Origin: Kiritimatiellia bacterium | GTDB lineage: Bacteria > Verrucomicrobiota > Kiritimatiellia > RFP12 > UBA1067 | DNA: 64,000 bases | Reading direction: 5' to 3' | Assembly (NCBI GenBank): GCA_028700415.1 | Contig: JAQVSS010000001.1 | Span: 955 to 64,954 of the forward strand | Shown: piece by piece, positions 19,809 to 28,628 of the stretch | Layout of the letters: every line of letters starts with the position of its first letter | Numbering within the stretch: position 1 is the first letter of the stretch | Notes under the pieces: model-generated | Database searches by the model: none | What the model was told of the DNA's origin: nothing | Seen by the model: only the letters and a program-made list of their open reading frames with translations | Made by a program: the position numbers and the translations under genes

Positions 19809-20546
19809 GTCGAGCGCCGCCGAACGGTTGCCCAAATAATAAGCGTCCAACAGACACATTTCATCGAACGTGCGCTCATTGCGTCCCGACACCTGCCATA
19901 ACCCCGTCATCCCCGGCAGCCCCTTCAACCTCAGAGCCTGTTCCGGCCGCGTATAGTGCCCCTGATCGCTCGCCGGCAAAGGGCGCGGACCTACCAGGCG
20001 CATCTCGCCGCGCGCCACATTGAACAGCTGCGGCAACTCGTCCAGAAACGTCCACCGCAGAAAACCGCCCACCCTGGTCACCCGCGGATCGCTCTCCAAT
20101 TTGAACAGTTGCCCCTTTTTCCCCAGTTTGCGTTGCAACCTTGCGTGCAACCGTTCGGACCGCCTTACCATCGTGCGAAACTTGAAGAGCGTGAAATGGT
20201 GCCCCTCACACCCGTACCGTTCCTGCCGGAAAAAAACCGGTGCCCCATCGAACACAAAAACCAATACGGCTACCGTCACGAAAACCGGTGCCAGGGCTGC
20301 CATGAGAGCAACCGCCAGTCCGCGTTCCCAATACGGACACCCGTCCAGGACAGGAGGCGGCTCCCGGAAAACAAAATGCCCCGCCGTCTCACCACGCGCC
20401 CGGGGACGGCAGCCCGCACCGTACACCAACACAGGCAAACAGGAGGCGGGTACGGCAGCCTCCCCCCCAGACCGCACAACGCCATCAACGAACGCGAGGA
20501 TTTCCCCCACCCCCGCGTTTCCCGGATCTTTGAAGAAGTGTGTCAT
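19689..20546 (-). CDS. bacterial sugar transferase (polyprenyl-phosphate glycosyl-1-phosphate transferase, WbaP/PglC small type)
   Basis: TM helix followed by VFFRQERYG...FTLFKFRTM...PRVTRVGGFLR...DELPQLFNV.RGEM.LVGPRP...PGMTGLWQVSGR motifs. The true start is uncertain (candidate GTG at 20426). ORF track 19689..20546. Confidence 0.75.
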   Translation of the reverse strand: MTHFFKDPGNAGVGEILAFVDGVVRSGGEAAVPASCLPVLVYGAGCRPRARGETAGHFVFREPPPVLDGCPYWERGLAVALMAALAPVFVTVAVLVFVFDGAPVFFRQERYGCEGHHFTLFKFRTMVRRSERLHARLQRKLGKKGQLFKLESDPRVTRVGGFLRWTFLDELPQLFNVARGEMRLVGPRPLPASDQGHYTRPEQALRLKGLPGMTGLWQVSGRNERTFDEMCLLDAYYLGNRSAALDLWIVGRTLRLVVQQIGLCRKPEYGREQPGGVEDAGHNDP

Positions 20547-20642
20547 CCCTTTGTCTGGATAGTATCCGCTTTCTTCATCCCCTCATCAAGAATGGAAAAC
20601 ACGCCTTTACATCCCCCCGCCCGCCGCCCTACAATCCACGTC

Positions 20643-21137
20643 ATGCTGACCCCTGAATTTCACGCCTATTTCATGCGGCTCGCCATGCGCGAAGCCGCAA
20701 AAGCCGCCGAAGCGGAGGAAGTCCCCGCCGGTTGTGTCATCGTGCAGAAACCGCAGTCCCCCGGCATTCCGCTCGCAGCCGTCAAGGTGCTCGCCCGCGC
20801 CCATAACCAGACGGAACTGCTGAATGATTCCACCGCCCACGCCGAAATGATCGCGCTGACCCAAGCCTCGTCCGCGCTCGGCGACTGGCGGCTGACCGGA
20901 ACCATCCTGTATGTCACCAAAGAGCCGTGCCCCATGTGCGCGGGCGCGATCGTGCTTGCGCGTATACCTCTCGTCGTATGGGGCGTGTCCGATCCCAAAC
21001 GCGGCGGCCACTCGGTTTTCTCCATCTTGAACCACCCGAACCTCAACCACCGTCCGGAAATCCTCACCGGCGTGCTGGAACCCGAATGCCGCACTATGCT
21101 TCAGGAGTTCTTCCGCGCCCGCCGCGAGGAAAACTGA
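20643..21137 (+). CDS. tadA: tRNA adenosine(34) deaminase TadA
   Basis: HAEMIAL and PCPMCAGAI zinc-binding CDA motifs. 164 aa. ATG at 20643. The upstream part of ORF track 19956..21137 is antisense to the sugar transferase. Confidence 0.9.
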   Translation: MLTPEFHAYFMRLAMREAAKAAEAEEVPAGCVIVQKPQSPGIPLAAVKVLARAHNQTELLNDSTAHAEMIALTQASSALGDWRLTGTILYVTKEPCPMCAGAIVLARIPLVVWGVSDPKRGGHSVFSILNHPNLNHRPEILTGVLEPECRTMLQEFFRARREEN

Positions 21138-21162
21138 CGGCTTCCTTTCCACCCAGTCCGCC

Positions 21163-22008
21163 ATGCCCGACGCATCCACCCTCTCCCCGCTGATCCTCTC
21201 AGCGAGCCGCGCCACAGACATCCCCGCTTGCCGCCTGGACTGGTTTCTCGACGCCTTGAATCAGGGCGGATGTGTCTGGCGAAACCCCTTCAACGGGAAA
21301 ACCGTCTGGGTCTCTTTCGCCCGTGCGCGCGTCATTGTCTTCTGGAGCAAGAACGCCGCGCCGCTCATGCCGCATCTCGCGCGCATCGAACAAAGCGGAC
21401 TCGCACCCTTTTTCCAGTTGACGGTAAACGACTACACACGCGAAGGTTTCGAACCCGGCGTGCCCCCCCTCGAAGCGCGCGTCGCGGCTTTCCGCGAGCT
21501 GGCTGAACGCTACGGCAAAGACCGCGTGGTATGGCGCTTTGATCCGCTCCTCCTATCGCGCACCACCCCCGTCGAAGAGTTGCTGCGCCGCGTGGCCGCG
21601 CTCGGCGACCGGCTCCACCCCTATACCTCGCGGCTGGTCTTCAGTTTCGCCGACCTGCACGCCTATCCCCGCGCCGCACGCCGTTGCGCCGCCGTTCATG
21701 CGGACATCCGCGAATTTGAGCCTGCCGAGATGACCGCCTTCGCCGCAGGCCTTGCCCCTCACCTCACACGCTGGAAAATCCCAGCCGCCACCTGCGGCGA
21801 GACGCTCGACCTTTCGCGTTACGGGATCGTCAAAAACGCCTGCATCGACGCGCAAACTTTCCTGCGCCTCGGACTGCTGACACATGAAGAGGCGCGCGCC
21901 GTCGCCAAGAAAGATCCGGGGCAACGCCGCGCCTGCGGCTGCACCCTCAGCAAAGACATTGGCGCTTACCGCACCTGCTCCCTCGGCTGCGTCTACTGCT
22001 ACGCCTAA
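21163..22008 (+). CDS. DUF1848 domain-containing protein
   Basis: Family-typical N-terminus ILSASRATDIPA, central NPFNGK...VFWSKN, and C-terminal cysteine motif CGC...IGAYRTCSLGCVYCYA. Confidence 0.8.
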   Translation: MPDASTLSPLILSASRATDIPACRLDWFLDALNQGGCVWRNPFNGKTVWVSFARARVIVFWSKNAAPLMPHLARIEQSGLAPFFQLTVNDYTREGFEPGVPPLEARVAAFRELAERYGKDRVVWRFDPLLLSRTTPVEELLRRVAALGDRLHPYTSRLVFSFADLHAYPRAARRCAAVHADIREFEPAEMTAFAAGLAPHLTRWKIPAATCGETLDLSRYGIVKNACIDAQTFLRLGLLTHEEARAVAKKDPGQRRACGCTLSKDIGAYRTCSLGCVYCYA

Positions 22009-22745
22009 GGTTCCCACCGTTCCGCATCCCCGCGTTGCGGCTTCCACTTCGGCCGCGTGCCGAACAACACCGTGCCCAACCGCACCCACGTTGCGCCTTC
22101 CTCGACAGCCACACGGTAATCGTTGCTCATGCCCATTGAAAGGTTGGGCAGACCGATGCCGAAATCTTTCTCCCACTGGTCGCGCAACCCGCGGAGTTTA
22201 GCGAAGACCGGCCGGGCCAGCTCCTCATCCGGACAGAATGGCGCCATGGTCATCAGCCCGGTCAGCGTGATGCTGCGGCAGCCGAGGGCGTATTCGATCA
22301 CCTCCGGCACCTGTTCGGGACGCACCCCGTCCTTGCTGGCTTCCCCGGACACGTTGACCTCAAGCAGGATTTCGGGACGGTGTCCGCCTTCCCCCGCCAC
22401 ATGCTCAATCTGTTCGAGCAGCCGCACGGAGTCGACCGAGTGAATGACGGAAAACAGTTCCAGCGCCGGACGCACCTTGTTGCGCTGCAGATGCCCGATC
22501 AGATGCCATTCGGGGCCGCTCACGCACTCCGGGATTTTCCACGCGGCCTCCTGCACCTTGTTCTCGCCGAACCGGCGTATGCCCGCCTCCCACGCCTCCC
22601 GGACAACCTCAGGGCCATGCGTTTTCGTCACGCCGATGATCTCGACCTCGTCCGGCTTGCGTCCCGCCTTGGCGCACGCCTCGGCGACGCCTGCCCTCAC
22701 CTCTTCCAAAAGTTGCGCAACCGTACGTTCGTTGTCCATGTCCAT
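22005..22745 (-). CDS. yggS: YggS family pyridoxal-phosphate homeostasis protein
   Basis: Motifs IGVTKTH, GENKVQE and HLIGHLQRNK. Alanine racemase N-terminal-like barrel. 246 aa. Confidence 0.85.
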   Translation of the reverse strand: MDMDNERTVAQLLEEVRAGVAEACAKAGRKPDEVEIIGVTKTHGPEVVREAWEAGIRRFGENKVQEAAWKIPECVSGPEWHLIGHLQRNKVRPALELFSVIHSVDSVRLLEQIEHVAGEGGHRPEILLEVNVSGEASKDGVRPEQVPEVIEYALGCRSITLTGLMTMAPFCPDEELARPVFAKLRGLRDQWEKDFGIGLPNLSMGMSNDYRVAVEEGATWVRLGTVLFGTRPKWKPQRGDAERWEP

Positions 22746-22754
22746 TCAGTTCCT

Positions 22755-23813
22755 TCAGGTTGTTGTTTGTCTTAAAGAAATCGAAACCGGTTTGTCGTTC
22801 GGCAAATCCGCCAACAGGCACGCCAACATGCCGTCAGGGTTGAGAGCCCCGATCACGACGCGCTCCGCCGCATGAAGGACATACTGGTTGCACCATGCGG
22901 CGCGTGGGGCGCTGAAGCGGGTCTCGGTCGCGGGAAAAGGCGTGATCACGAGTAGCCGCCCCGAATCGATCGCGTGCTGAACGCGCGGGAAAAACGTCTC
23001 GGGAAAACCGCGCGCCAGCACCTGCACCATGGGTGTGCCGTCCGCCAGACACGCCTCGAAAACCGCCCGCTCCAAGGGGCTCAGGAACCCCGACATGACG
23101 CACGCGGGCGGGAACGGTAACGTCGGTGCGACCGGCATGTCCTCGCCGCACCGCGACGCCAGAAACGCGGTCTGGGGCAAAGCCAGCAACGCGCGGTTGC
23201 CGACCCCGAAACGCGGTTCGCCGTACCGCAGCACATCCCAGTTCGCAGGGTTGTCACGGATGTACGCACGGATGTTCGCCAGCGCCGTCTCGTTGCGGAC
23301 GATGATTTCGTAATAGTTGCGTTGCCACGGCGAATCGCCCCGCAACCATTTGGTGACCCCAATTTTGAAACCGCGCACGATGGACCCGACCGTTCGAGAT
23401 GTGCCGCACGGTAGGGGCGAATAATTATTCGCCCGCGCCTGCGAAATATCATCCGCCCGATTTTGCGAAGCACTCTGTTGCGAATCATCGTTCGCCCGCG
23501 TTGGGACAGGGGAGGGCGAATGATTATTCGCCCCTACGGGATACCCATCGCGCATATTCACGATAATGCCGTGGACATGGTCGGGCATGACCACCCATTC
23601 GTCCACTGCGGCGTGCGGGAAATGGTTCGGGATTTCGCGCCAACACGCGGCGGCAGCGCGCCCCGCGTCGTTCAACGCCATGCGGCCGTTGACCACCGTG
23701 CCGAAGAGCCGTCTGCGCCCTTCCGTGCAGACCGTCACAAAATACGCGCCCTGCAGCGAATAGTCGTACCCGCGCAACCGGATCGAACGCCGCTGAAACA
23801 CGGTTTCCGGCAT
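22755..23813 (-). CDS. fusion protein: IS200-like REP-associated tyrosine transposase (Y1 HUH) domain plus C-terminal DprA/Smf-like SLOG Rossmann domain
   Basis: N-terminus RRSIRLRGYDYSLQGAYFVTVCT with HUH motif PDHVHGII and catalytic-Tyr region WQRNYYEIIVRNE...IRDNPANW. C-terminal region AFLASRCGED...VMSGF.SPLERAVFEACLADGTPMVQVLARGF...LLVITPFP aligns to the DprA Rossmann core (VGSR...VSGLA.GID..AH...G.T.AVL..G.D..YP). Single uninterrupted frame. ATG at 23813. Confidence 0.65.
   Translation of the reverse strand: MPETVFQRRSIRLRGYDYSLQGAYFVTVCTEGRRRLFGTVVNGRMALNDAGRAAAACWREIPNHFPHAAVDEWVVMPDHVHGIIVNMRDGYPVGANNHSPSPVPTRANDDSQQSASQNRADDISQARANNYSPLPCGTSRTVGSIVRGFKIGVTKWLRGDSPWQRNYYEIIVRNETALANIRAYIRDNPANWDVLRYGEPRFGVGNRALLALPQTAFLASRCGEDMPVAPTLPFPPACVMSGFLSPLERAVFEACLADGTPMVQVLARGFPETFFPRVQHAIDSGRLLVITPFPATETRFSAPRAAWCNQYVLHAAERVVIGALNPDGMLACLLADLPNDKPVSISLRQTTT
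23415..23533. repeat. array of four about-20-bp REP-like palindromic hairpin units inside the transposase coding region
   Basis: A perfect 20-bp palindrome gggcgaataattattcgccc at 23415-23434, a near copy gggcgaatgattattcgccc at 23514-23533, and two degenerate gcgaa...ttcgccc units between them. On the minus strand they translate in-frame to the repeated peptides GANNHS, RANDDS, RADDIS, RANNYS. Confidence 0.6.
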
Positions 23814-23942
23814 GACCTACGCATCCTCCTCCCCGGCATCGCGCCCCATGCGGCACTTGATGTCGTAGTTGATGATGAAGTCCAGCTCCTCTTCCGTGAA
23901 ACCTGCGATCCAACCGCAAATAAACCCGCACTACTCTATCAA

Positions 23943-24539
23943 TCACACGTCCATGCGGCCGGTGATCGCGCGTTTGAGCGTCAGCGGATCGGAGTATCCC
24001 ACACCGCTGTCCGCGGGCAGTCCGAACGCCAGACGCGTCACACGCACGCCCAAGGGCTTCAGCAATTCGCCGATGTAACCGGCCGTGGCGTCGCCCTCCA
24101 TGTCCGTGCTCAAGGCGAGCAACACTTCCTTCACGCCACCGCGCGCCACGCGCTCGGAAAGCGTCCCCAAACGCAAATCGGCGGGCCCCGTTTGCTTGGA
24201 GGGTGAGAGTTTGCCCATAAGCGCGTGGTAACGGCCGTTGAATCCGCCGGAACGCTCGATCGAAAAAATATCGGAAGGTTCCTCCACCACGCAAAGCAAC
24301 GCATCGTCGCGCGTGGCATCCGTGCAAAGTCCACACGGCTCATGTCCTTTGGAGGTGAACCCGCCACAGACCGAACAGCAGCAGACCGAAGCCCGCGCCT
24401 CCTGCAACGCGGACACCAGCGTATCGAGAAGCAACTCGGGCTTGCGGAGCAGCGCAAGCGCCGCACGCTCCGCCGACCTTCTCCCCAACCCGGGAAGTCT
24501 GGACAGCGACCGGATCAGATTGTCGACCGGTGGCACCAT
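23943..24539 (-). CDS. recR: recombination protein RecR
   Basis: HhH (LPGLGRRSAERAA), C4 zinc finger (CSVCGGFTSKGHEPCGLC) and Toprim domain (LCVVEEPSD). 198 aa. Confidence 0.9.
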   Translation of the reverse strand: MVPPVDNLIRSLSRLPGLGRRSAERAALALLRKPELLLDTLVSALQEARASVCCCSVCGGFTSKGHEPCGLCTDATRDDALLCVVEEPSDIFSIERSGGFNGRYHALMGKLSPSKQTGPADLRLGTLSERVARGGVKEVLLALSTDMEGDATAGYIGELLKPLGVRVTRLAFGLPADSGVGYSDPLTLKRAITGRMDV

Positions 24540-24546
24540 GGGGGTC

Positions 24547-24864
24547 TCAGCCTCCGAACATGTCGCCCATGCCGGAACCCTGCATCATTTTGGCCATGGC
24601 GTCCTGAGTCTGTTTCTTCACGCCCTTGAGCGCGCCGTTCACAACGTTGTTCAACATGGTCTCGAAGCGCTCCGGCTTGCCGGCGATCACTTCCTTAAGC
24701 GCCTCCTGCGACACCTTGAGCGACAGGATGGTGAAGTCGCCCCGCGCGACACATGTGATGCCGCCATTGGCGTACTCGAAGGTGATCTTCTCAATCTCCG
24801 CCTGAATGCGTTTCGCTTCCTTACGCATCTGCATCGCCTGTTTCACCTGATCCAGCATACCCAT
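24547..24864 (-). CDS. ybaB: YbaB/EbfC family nucleoid-associated protein
   Basis: 105 aa with the typical MQ..MQ.A.....E......G..GGV.V...G pattern. Immediately upstream of recR. Confidence 0.9.
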   Translation of the reverse strand: MGMLDQVKQAMQMRKEAKRIQAEIEKITFEYANGGITCVARGDFTILSLKVSQEALKEVIAGKPERFETMLNNVVNGALKGVKKQTQDAMAKMMQGSGMGDMFGG

Positions 24865-24954
24865 ACGTCAAACTCCTTAAATGATCGCGTGCCCAACCGC
24901 ACACGCTGTTCTGGTCTACTTGCAACCGAAGTTTATACAAACCCGCCCCACGCC

Positions 24955-26571
24955 TCAAGCCCGTTTGCGGACTTTCTGAAGAAACAACTCTAACAGCTCG
25001 CGCATTTCACTGACGCGCAGCCCGTAGGCGCTGATCACGTAGACCCCTCCGAACACCGCCCCCACAAGCCCCACCTTCAGCAGATCCCCGACCCGTCCGG
25101 ACAAACCCGCCACAAACTCTAGGCGATGGAGAACCAGCCACCCCACCGCTGAGGCCAGCCCGGCCGCCAACGTCACTCGCGCGAGAAAAGACAGCGTCTC
25201 GGCAAACGGGAAAACCGGCGCGTTCTTTTTCAACATCTCGACCAATGTCACGCACTTGAAAATGCGCGACACCGTAAACCCTCCCGCAATGAAGGCCAGC
25301 AGAATCAGCTCGTGTCCGCCACACATCTTGAGCCCCACCCAACTGATCAGAATGCTCAGGGAGGAGAACAGGATCCCGATCACCGTCACCGCCACCATAC
25401 GCCGGTTCGCGAAAAAGGCTTGCATCACCAACGCCTCGATGGCGGCCGCGGGAAGCACAAAGGTGTAGAACGAAAGCGAAACCGCCGTGCGGTGAACGGC
25501 CACCGCATCGAAATGCCCGCCCTTGAAGATCAATGCCGTCAGGGGTACAGCGGCAACCGCAACAAAGAGCGCGAAGGGCGCAAAAACAGAGAGCAGCATG
25601 CGTCCGAAACGCGTGACCAGCCGTCCGAGCCGCGCGTGGTCGTTCTTGTCCACCAGTTCACAGAAGAACGGGAAGACCGCGATCGAAAGCGTGTAAGGAA
25701 CTAAAAAAAGCAACGTGCTCTGCAGTTTCCGCCCCATCGAGTTGGCCTGCATCAGCCCCGACTCGTCCAACGCGCTCAGGACATACACGTTGTTATACTC
25801 ATCCCGCACCTTGGCCATAAGAATTCCCGCCAGCAGCGGCAACGCCAGCCAACACAAGCGCTTGAAAGCCGGATGCGAACATGCGAACTCTGGGCGGAAC
25901 AGATGCAGCTTGTCGCGCAAGCCGAACAGGTGCGTCCCCACCTTGCAGAGCGATCCCGCCACCAGTCCCCACATCAGCATCTGCGCGTTGTCCCTCGCCA
26001 ACAGGGCGCCGACAATCAGAAAAATCACCACACAGAATTTCCAAACGGCATCCCCGAATGCCGCCAGAAAGAACCGTTTGTACCCGTTCAGCAGCACGTA
26101 GGTTGTGGATCCCAACGAAAGGCCAATCACCGCAGGCGCAAGTGTCCGGACACTCTTTGCGGCCAACTCATACTTTTCGGGGGAGGCCCCTGCGCTCCAC
26201 GTTGTCAAGAACTCAACCACCGCGTGAGGCACAAGACAGAACACACACGCCACAACCACCAACAAGATAAACTGAAGAGTCAGCACGGTATTGGCGAACG
26301 TCCACGCGCTCTTTTCGGATTCGGCATCCAACTCGCGCATAAAGACAGGCATGAACGACGGCCCCAGTACCTCCTCGCCGATCAGAAACAGCATAAAGAT
26401 GCAGTTTTCAAAGGCAAAGGCATACACGACATCAAAGGTGCCTTGAGGCAAATAGTGCCCCATCACCTTCGCCTGAATCAAACCGGCCAGTTTGAACAGC
26501 ACATGCGCAATCAGAACGAAAACACTCGCTTTGAAAATGTGCCGCTCCAGGCTCGCCTTACGTTCACCCAT
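24955..26571 (-). CDS. murJ: lipid II flippase MurJ
   Basis: 538-aa polytopic membrane protein with a MurJ/MviN-type N-terminus (FKASVFVLIAHVLFKLAGLIQAKVMGHYLPQGTFDVVYAFAF) and 14 predicted TM segments. Confidence 0.85.
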   Translation of the reverse strand: MGERKASLERHIFKASVFVLIAHVLFKLAGLIQAKVMGHYLPQGTFDVVYAFAFENCIFMLFLIGEEVLGPSFMPVFMRELDAESEKSAWTFANTVLTLQFILLVVVACVFCLVPHAVVEFLTTWSAGASPEKYELAAKSVRTLAPAVIGLSLGSTTYVLLNGYKRFFLAAFGDAVWKFCVVIFLIVGALLARDNAQMLMWGLVAGSLCKVGTHLFGLRDKLHLFRPEFACSHPAFKRLCWLALPLLAGILMAKVRDEYNNVYVLSALDESGLMQANSMGRKLQSTLLFLVPYTLSIAVFPFFCELVDKNDHARLGRLVTRFGRMLLSVFAPFALFVAVAAVPLTALIFKGGHFDAVAVHRTAVSLSFYTFVLPAAAIEALVMQAFFANRRMVAVTVIGILFSSLSILISWVGLKMCGGHELILLAFIAGGFTVSRIFKCVTLVEMLKKNAPVFPFAETLSFLARVTLAAGLASAVGWLVLHRLEFVAGLSGRVGDLLKVGLVGAVFGGVYVISAYGLRVSEMRELLELFLQKVRKRA

Positions 26572-26642
26572 CTATCCCCCTTTTGGTGAAACACCGTTTC
26601 CCCGACACCGGCCTTCCCCCTGCACCGGCATCGCGACGCACT

Positions 26643-28625
26643 TTACTCCATCATCTGCATATCGCACAACTTGCGGTAGGACCCTCCTGCCGCGTACAGT
26701 TGCTCATGCGTCCCCCGCTCGATGATGACGCCTTTTTCCATCACCAGAATCAGGTTCGCGTTGCGGATTGTGCTGAGCCGGTGAGCGATCGCAAACGTCG
26801 TCCGGTTCGCCATCAGCGCGTTGATCGCGTCCTGCACCAGACGCTCCGTCACCGTATCCAGCGCGCTGGTCGCCTCATCCAAGATCAGGATCGGCGGATT
26901 TTTGAGGATCGCCCGCGCGATCGCGATCCGTTGCCGCTCGCCGCCGCTCAACGAGAACCCCTTCTCGCCCACGATCCGGTCATACCCCTCCGGCTGCGCC
27001 ATGATAAACTCATGCGCGTTCGCCATCCGGGCTGCCGCGATCACCTGCTCGCGTGTCGCGTCGGGAGAACCGTACGCGATGTTATTGGCGACCGTATCGT
27101 TGAAAAGCACGGTTTCCTGTGTCACGACTCCAATCAGCTTGCGCAGATCACACACGTCCATCTGCCGCAGGTCGACCCCGTCCATCGTCACCGCCCCCGA
27201 CAGGGGATCATAAAAGCGCGCCAAAAGATTCGCCACCGTGGTCTTGCCCGCGCCGGTGCCTCCGACCACCGCCACGATCTCCCCGCGCGGTATGCTGAAC
27301 GAGACATCCCTGACCGTGAGCCCCGAAGACGGTTGATACGCGAAACACACATGGTCGAAATGCACACGGTCTTCAAAGCTGGACTTGCGTATCGGATCTG
27401 CCGCCGCCGGAAGGCTGAAATCCGTGTCCAACAGGGAGAACATGCGGGCCAGCGCCGCACGCCCCCGCTCGATCTGCGCCTGGACTTTCCCCAATTGCTT
27501 CATGGGACGGTAGGCCACAAGAAACGGGACGAGCAACGGCGCGATTTCATCGATCGCAAGTTTTCGGAAAAAGCAGTAGATCACAAAAACAAAAATCAGG
27601 AAAACACCCGCACACTCGACTGCCGGCGTGATCAGCAGCTCCAACCGGACCGCCCGCAGCACGCTTTTCATGTAGTATTGGTTCACCTGTTTGTACTTAT
27701 TGATTTCGAATTCTTCCGTATGGTAGGCCTTGACCACCCGGATACACGTCAGGTTTTCGTGGATCTTCGACACGATGAACGAGATGCGGTGCAACGCCTT
27801 ACGCGACCATTTACGGACCATCGTACCCAACAACGCCATCGGCAAGAGAAAAAGAGGGAACCCGAACAAGACAAGCACAAGTGTTTCAATCATGCCGTTT
27901 TTGACGGCAAAATAAATCACATACCCGACTGCCACCAGAATTTCAAACGGAGCACGGCAAATATCGGCTAGCGTATGCGCGATCACATGATCCACCTGTT
28001 GCGGATCACTCGTGCACCTGCTCATCAATTGCCCCACATCGGTCCGCCCGAAAAAAGTGAGCGACTGTTTCTGCAGATGAATGAACAAATCTTGCCGGAA
28101 ATCCTGCACGACCTTTGCTCCCGTCCAACGCAAGAAATAGTGGTTGAGGTACATGGCCACCATCTTGACCAGCATGACAAGCGGCACCACGAAAAGAGAG
28201 ATCAACAACAGTTGCCCCGTCATATGCCCCTCTTTATCGCGGAATGTGATGCCGAGGCGGTTACCGAATTTCTCAACCTTGCCAAACCATGACGGCAACT
28301 GCTCGTCCGCAGAGTGGGGTGATTTGCCCTGCGCATCACTATTGACCAAGCCTTTCAGGCTGTCATCAAGGAATTTCTGATGCCTTGCTTTTTCGGCTCT
28401 GCCCGCCTTGGGAACGGCGACCCCGACCCCATGGCTTTGGCTTTCACTTGCCTGCACCTGCTTGAGCACCGGTTGGATCACCTGAAAAATCGGCACCCAC
28501 GAACCCGCCGTGATCGACCCCGCCAGAAGCCCCGCGAGCAGGCGAACGCGATATTTGCACGCATATCGATATAACCGTCCGTACGCTTGCTTAGCCGAAT
28601 ACTCTTTGTCGAAAAATTCTGCCAT
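26643..28625 (-). CDS. ABC transporter ATP-binding protein/permease (MsbA-like lipid exporter type)
   Basis: N-terminal 6-TM ABC_membrane domain followed by an NBD with Walker A GGTGAGKTT, signature LSGGERQRIAIARA and Walker B ILILDEATSALD. Confidence 0.85.
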   Translation of the reverse strand: MAEFFDKEYSAKQAYGRLYRYACKYRVRLLAGLLAGSITAGSWVPIFQVIQPVLKQVQASESQSHGVGVAVPKAGRAEKARHQKFLDDSLKGLVNSDAQGKSPHSADEQLPSWFGKVEKFGNRLGITFRDKEGHMTGQLLLISLFVVPLVMLVKMVAMYLNHYFLRWTGAKVVQDFRQDLFIHLQKQSLTFFGRTDVGQLMSRCTSDPQQVDHVIAHTLADICRAPFEILVAVGYVIYFAVKNGMIETLVLVLFGFPLFLLPMALLGTMVRKWSRKALHRISFIVSKIHENLTCIRVVKAYHTEEFEINKYKQVNQYYMKSVLRAVRLELLITPAVECAGVFLIFVFVIYCFFRKLAIDEIAPLLVPFLVAYRPMKQLGKVQAQIERGRAALARMFSLLDTDFSLPAAADPIRKSSFEDRVHFDHVCFAYQPSSGLTVRDVSFSIPRGEIVAVVGGTGAGKTTVANLLARFYDPLSGAVTMDGVDLRQMDVCDLRKLIGVVTQETVLFNDTVANNIAYGSPDATREQVIAAARMANAHEFIMAQPEGYDRIVGEKGFSLSGGERQRIAIARAILKNPPILILDEATSALDTVTERLVQDAINALMANRTTFAIAHRLSTIRNANLILVMEKGVIIERGTHEQLYAAGGSYRKLCDMQMME

Positions 28626-28628
28626 ACT

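Noticed and set aside
19956-20642. 5' two-thirds of ORF 19956..21137
   Set aside because: Only the last 495 nt (20643-21137) encode TadA. The upstream part is antisense to the sugar-transferase gene and has no homology signal.
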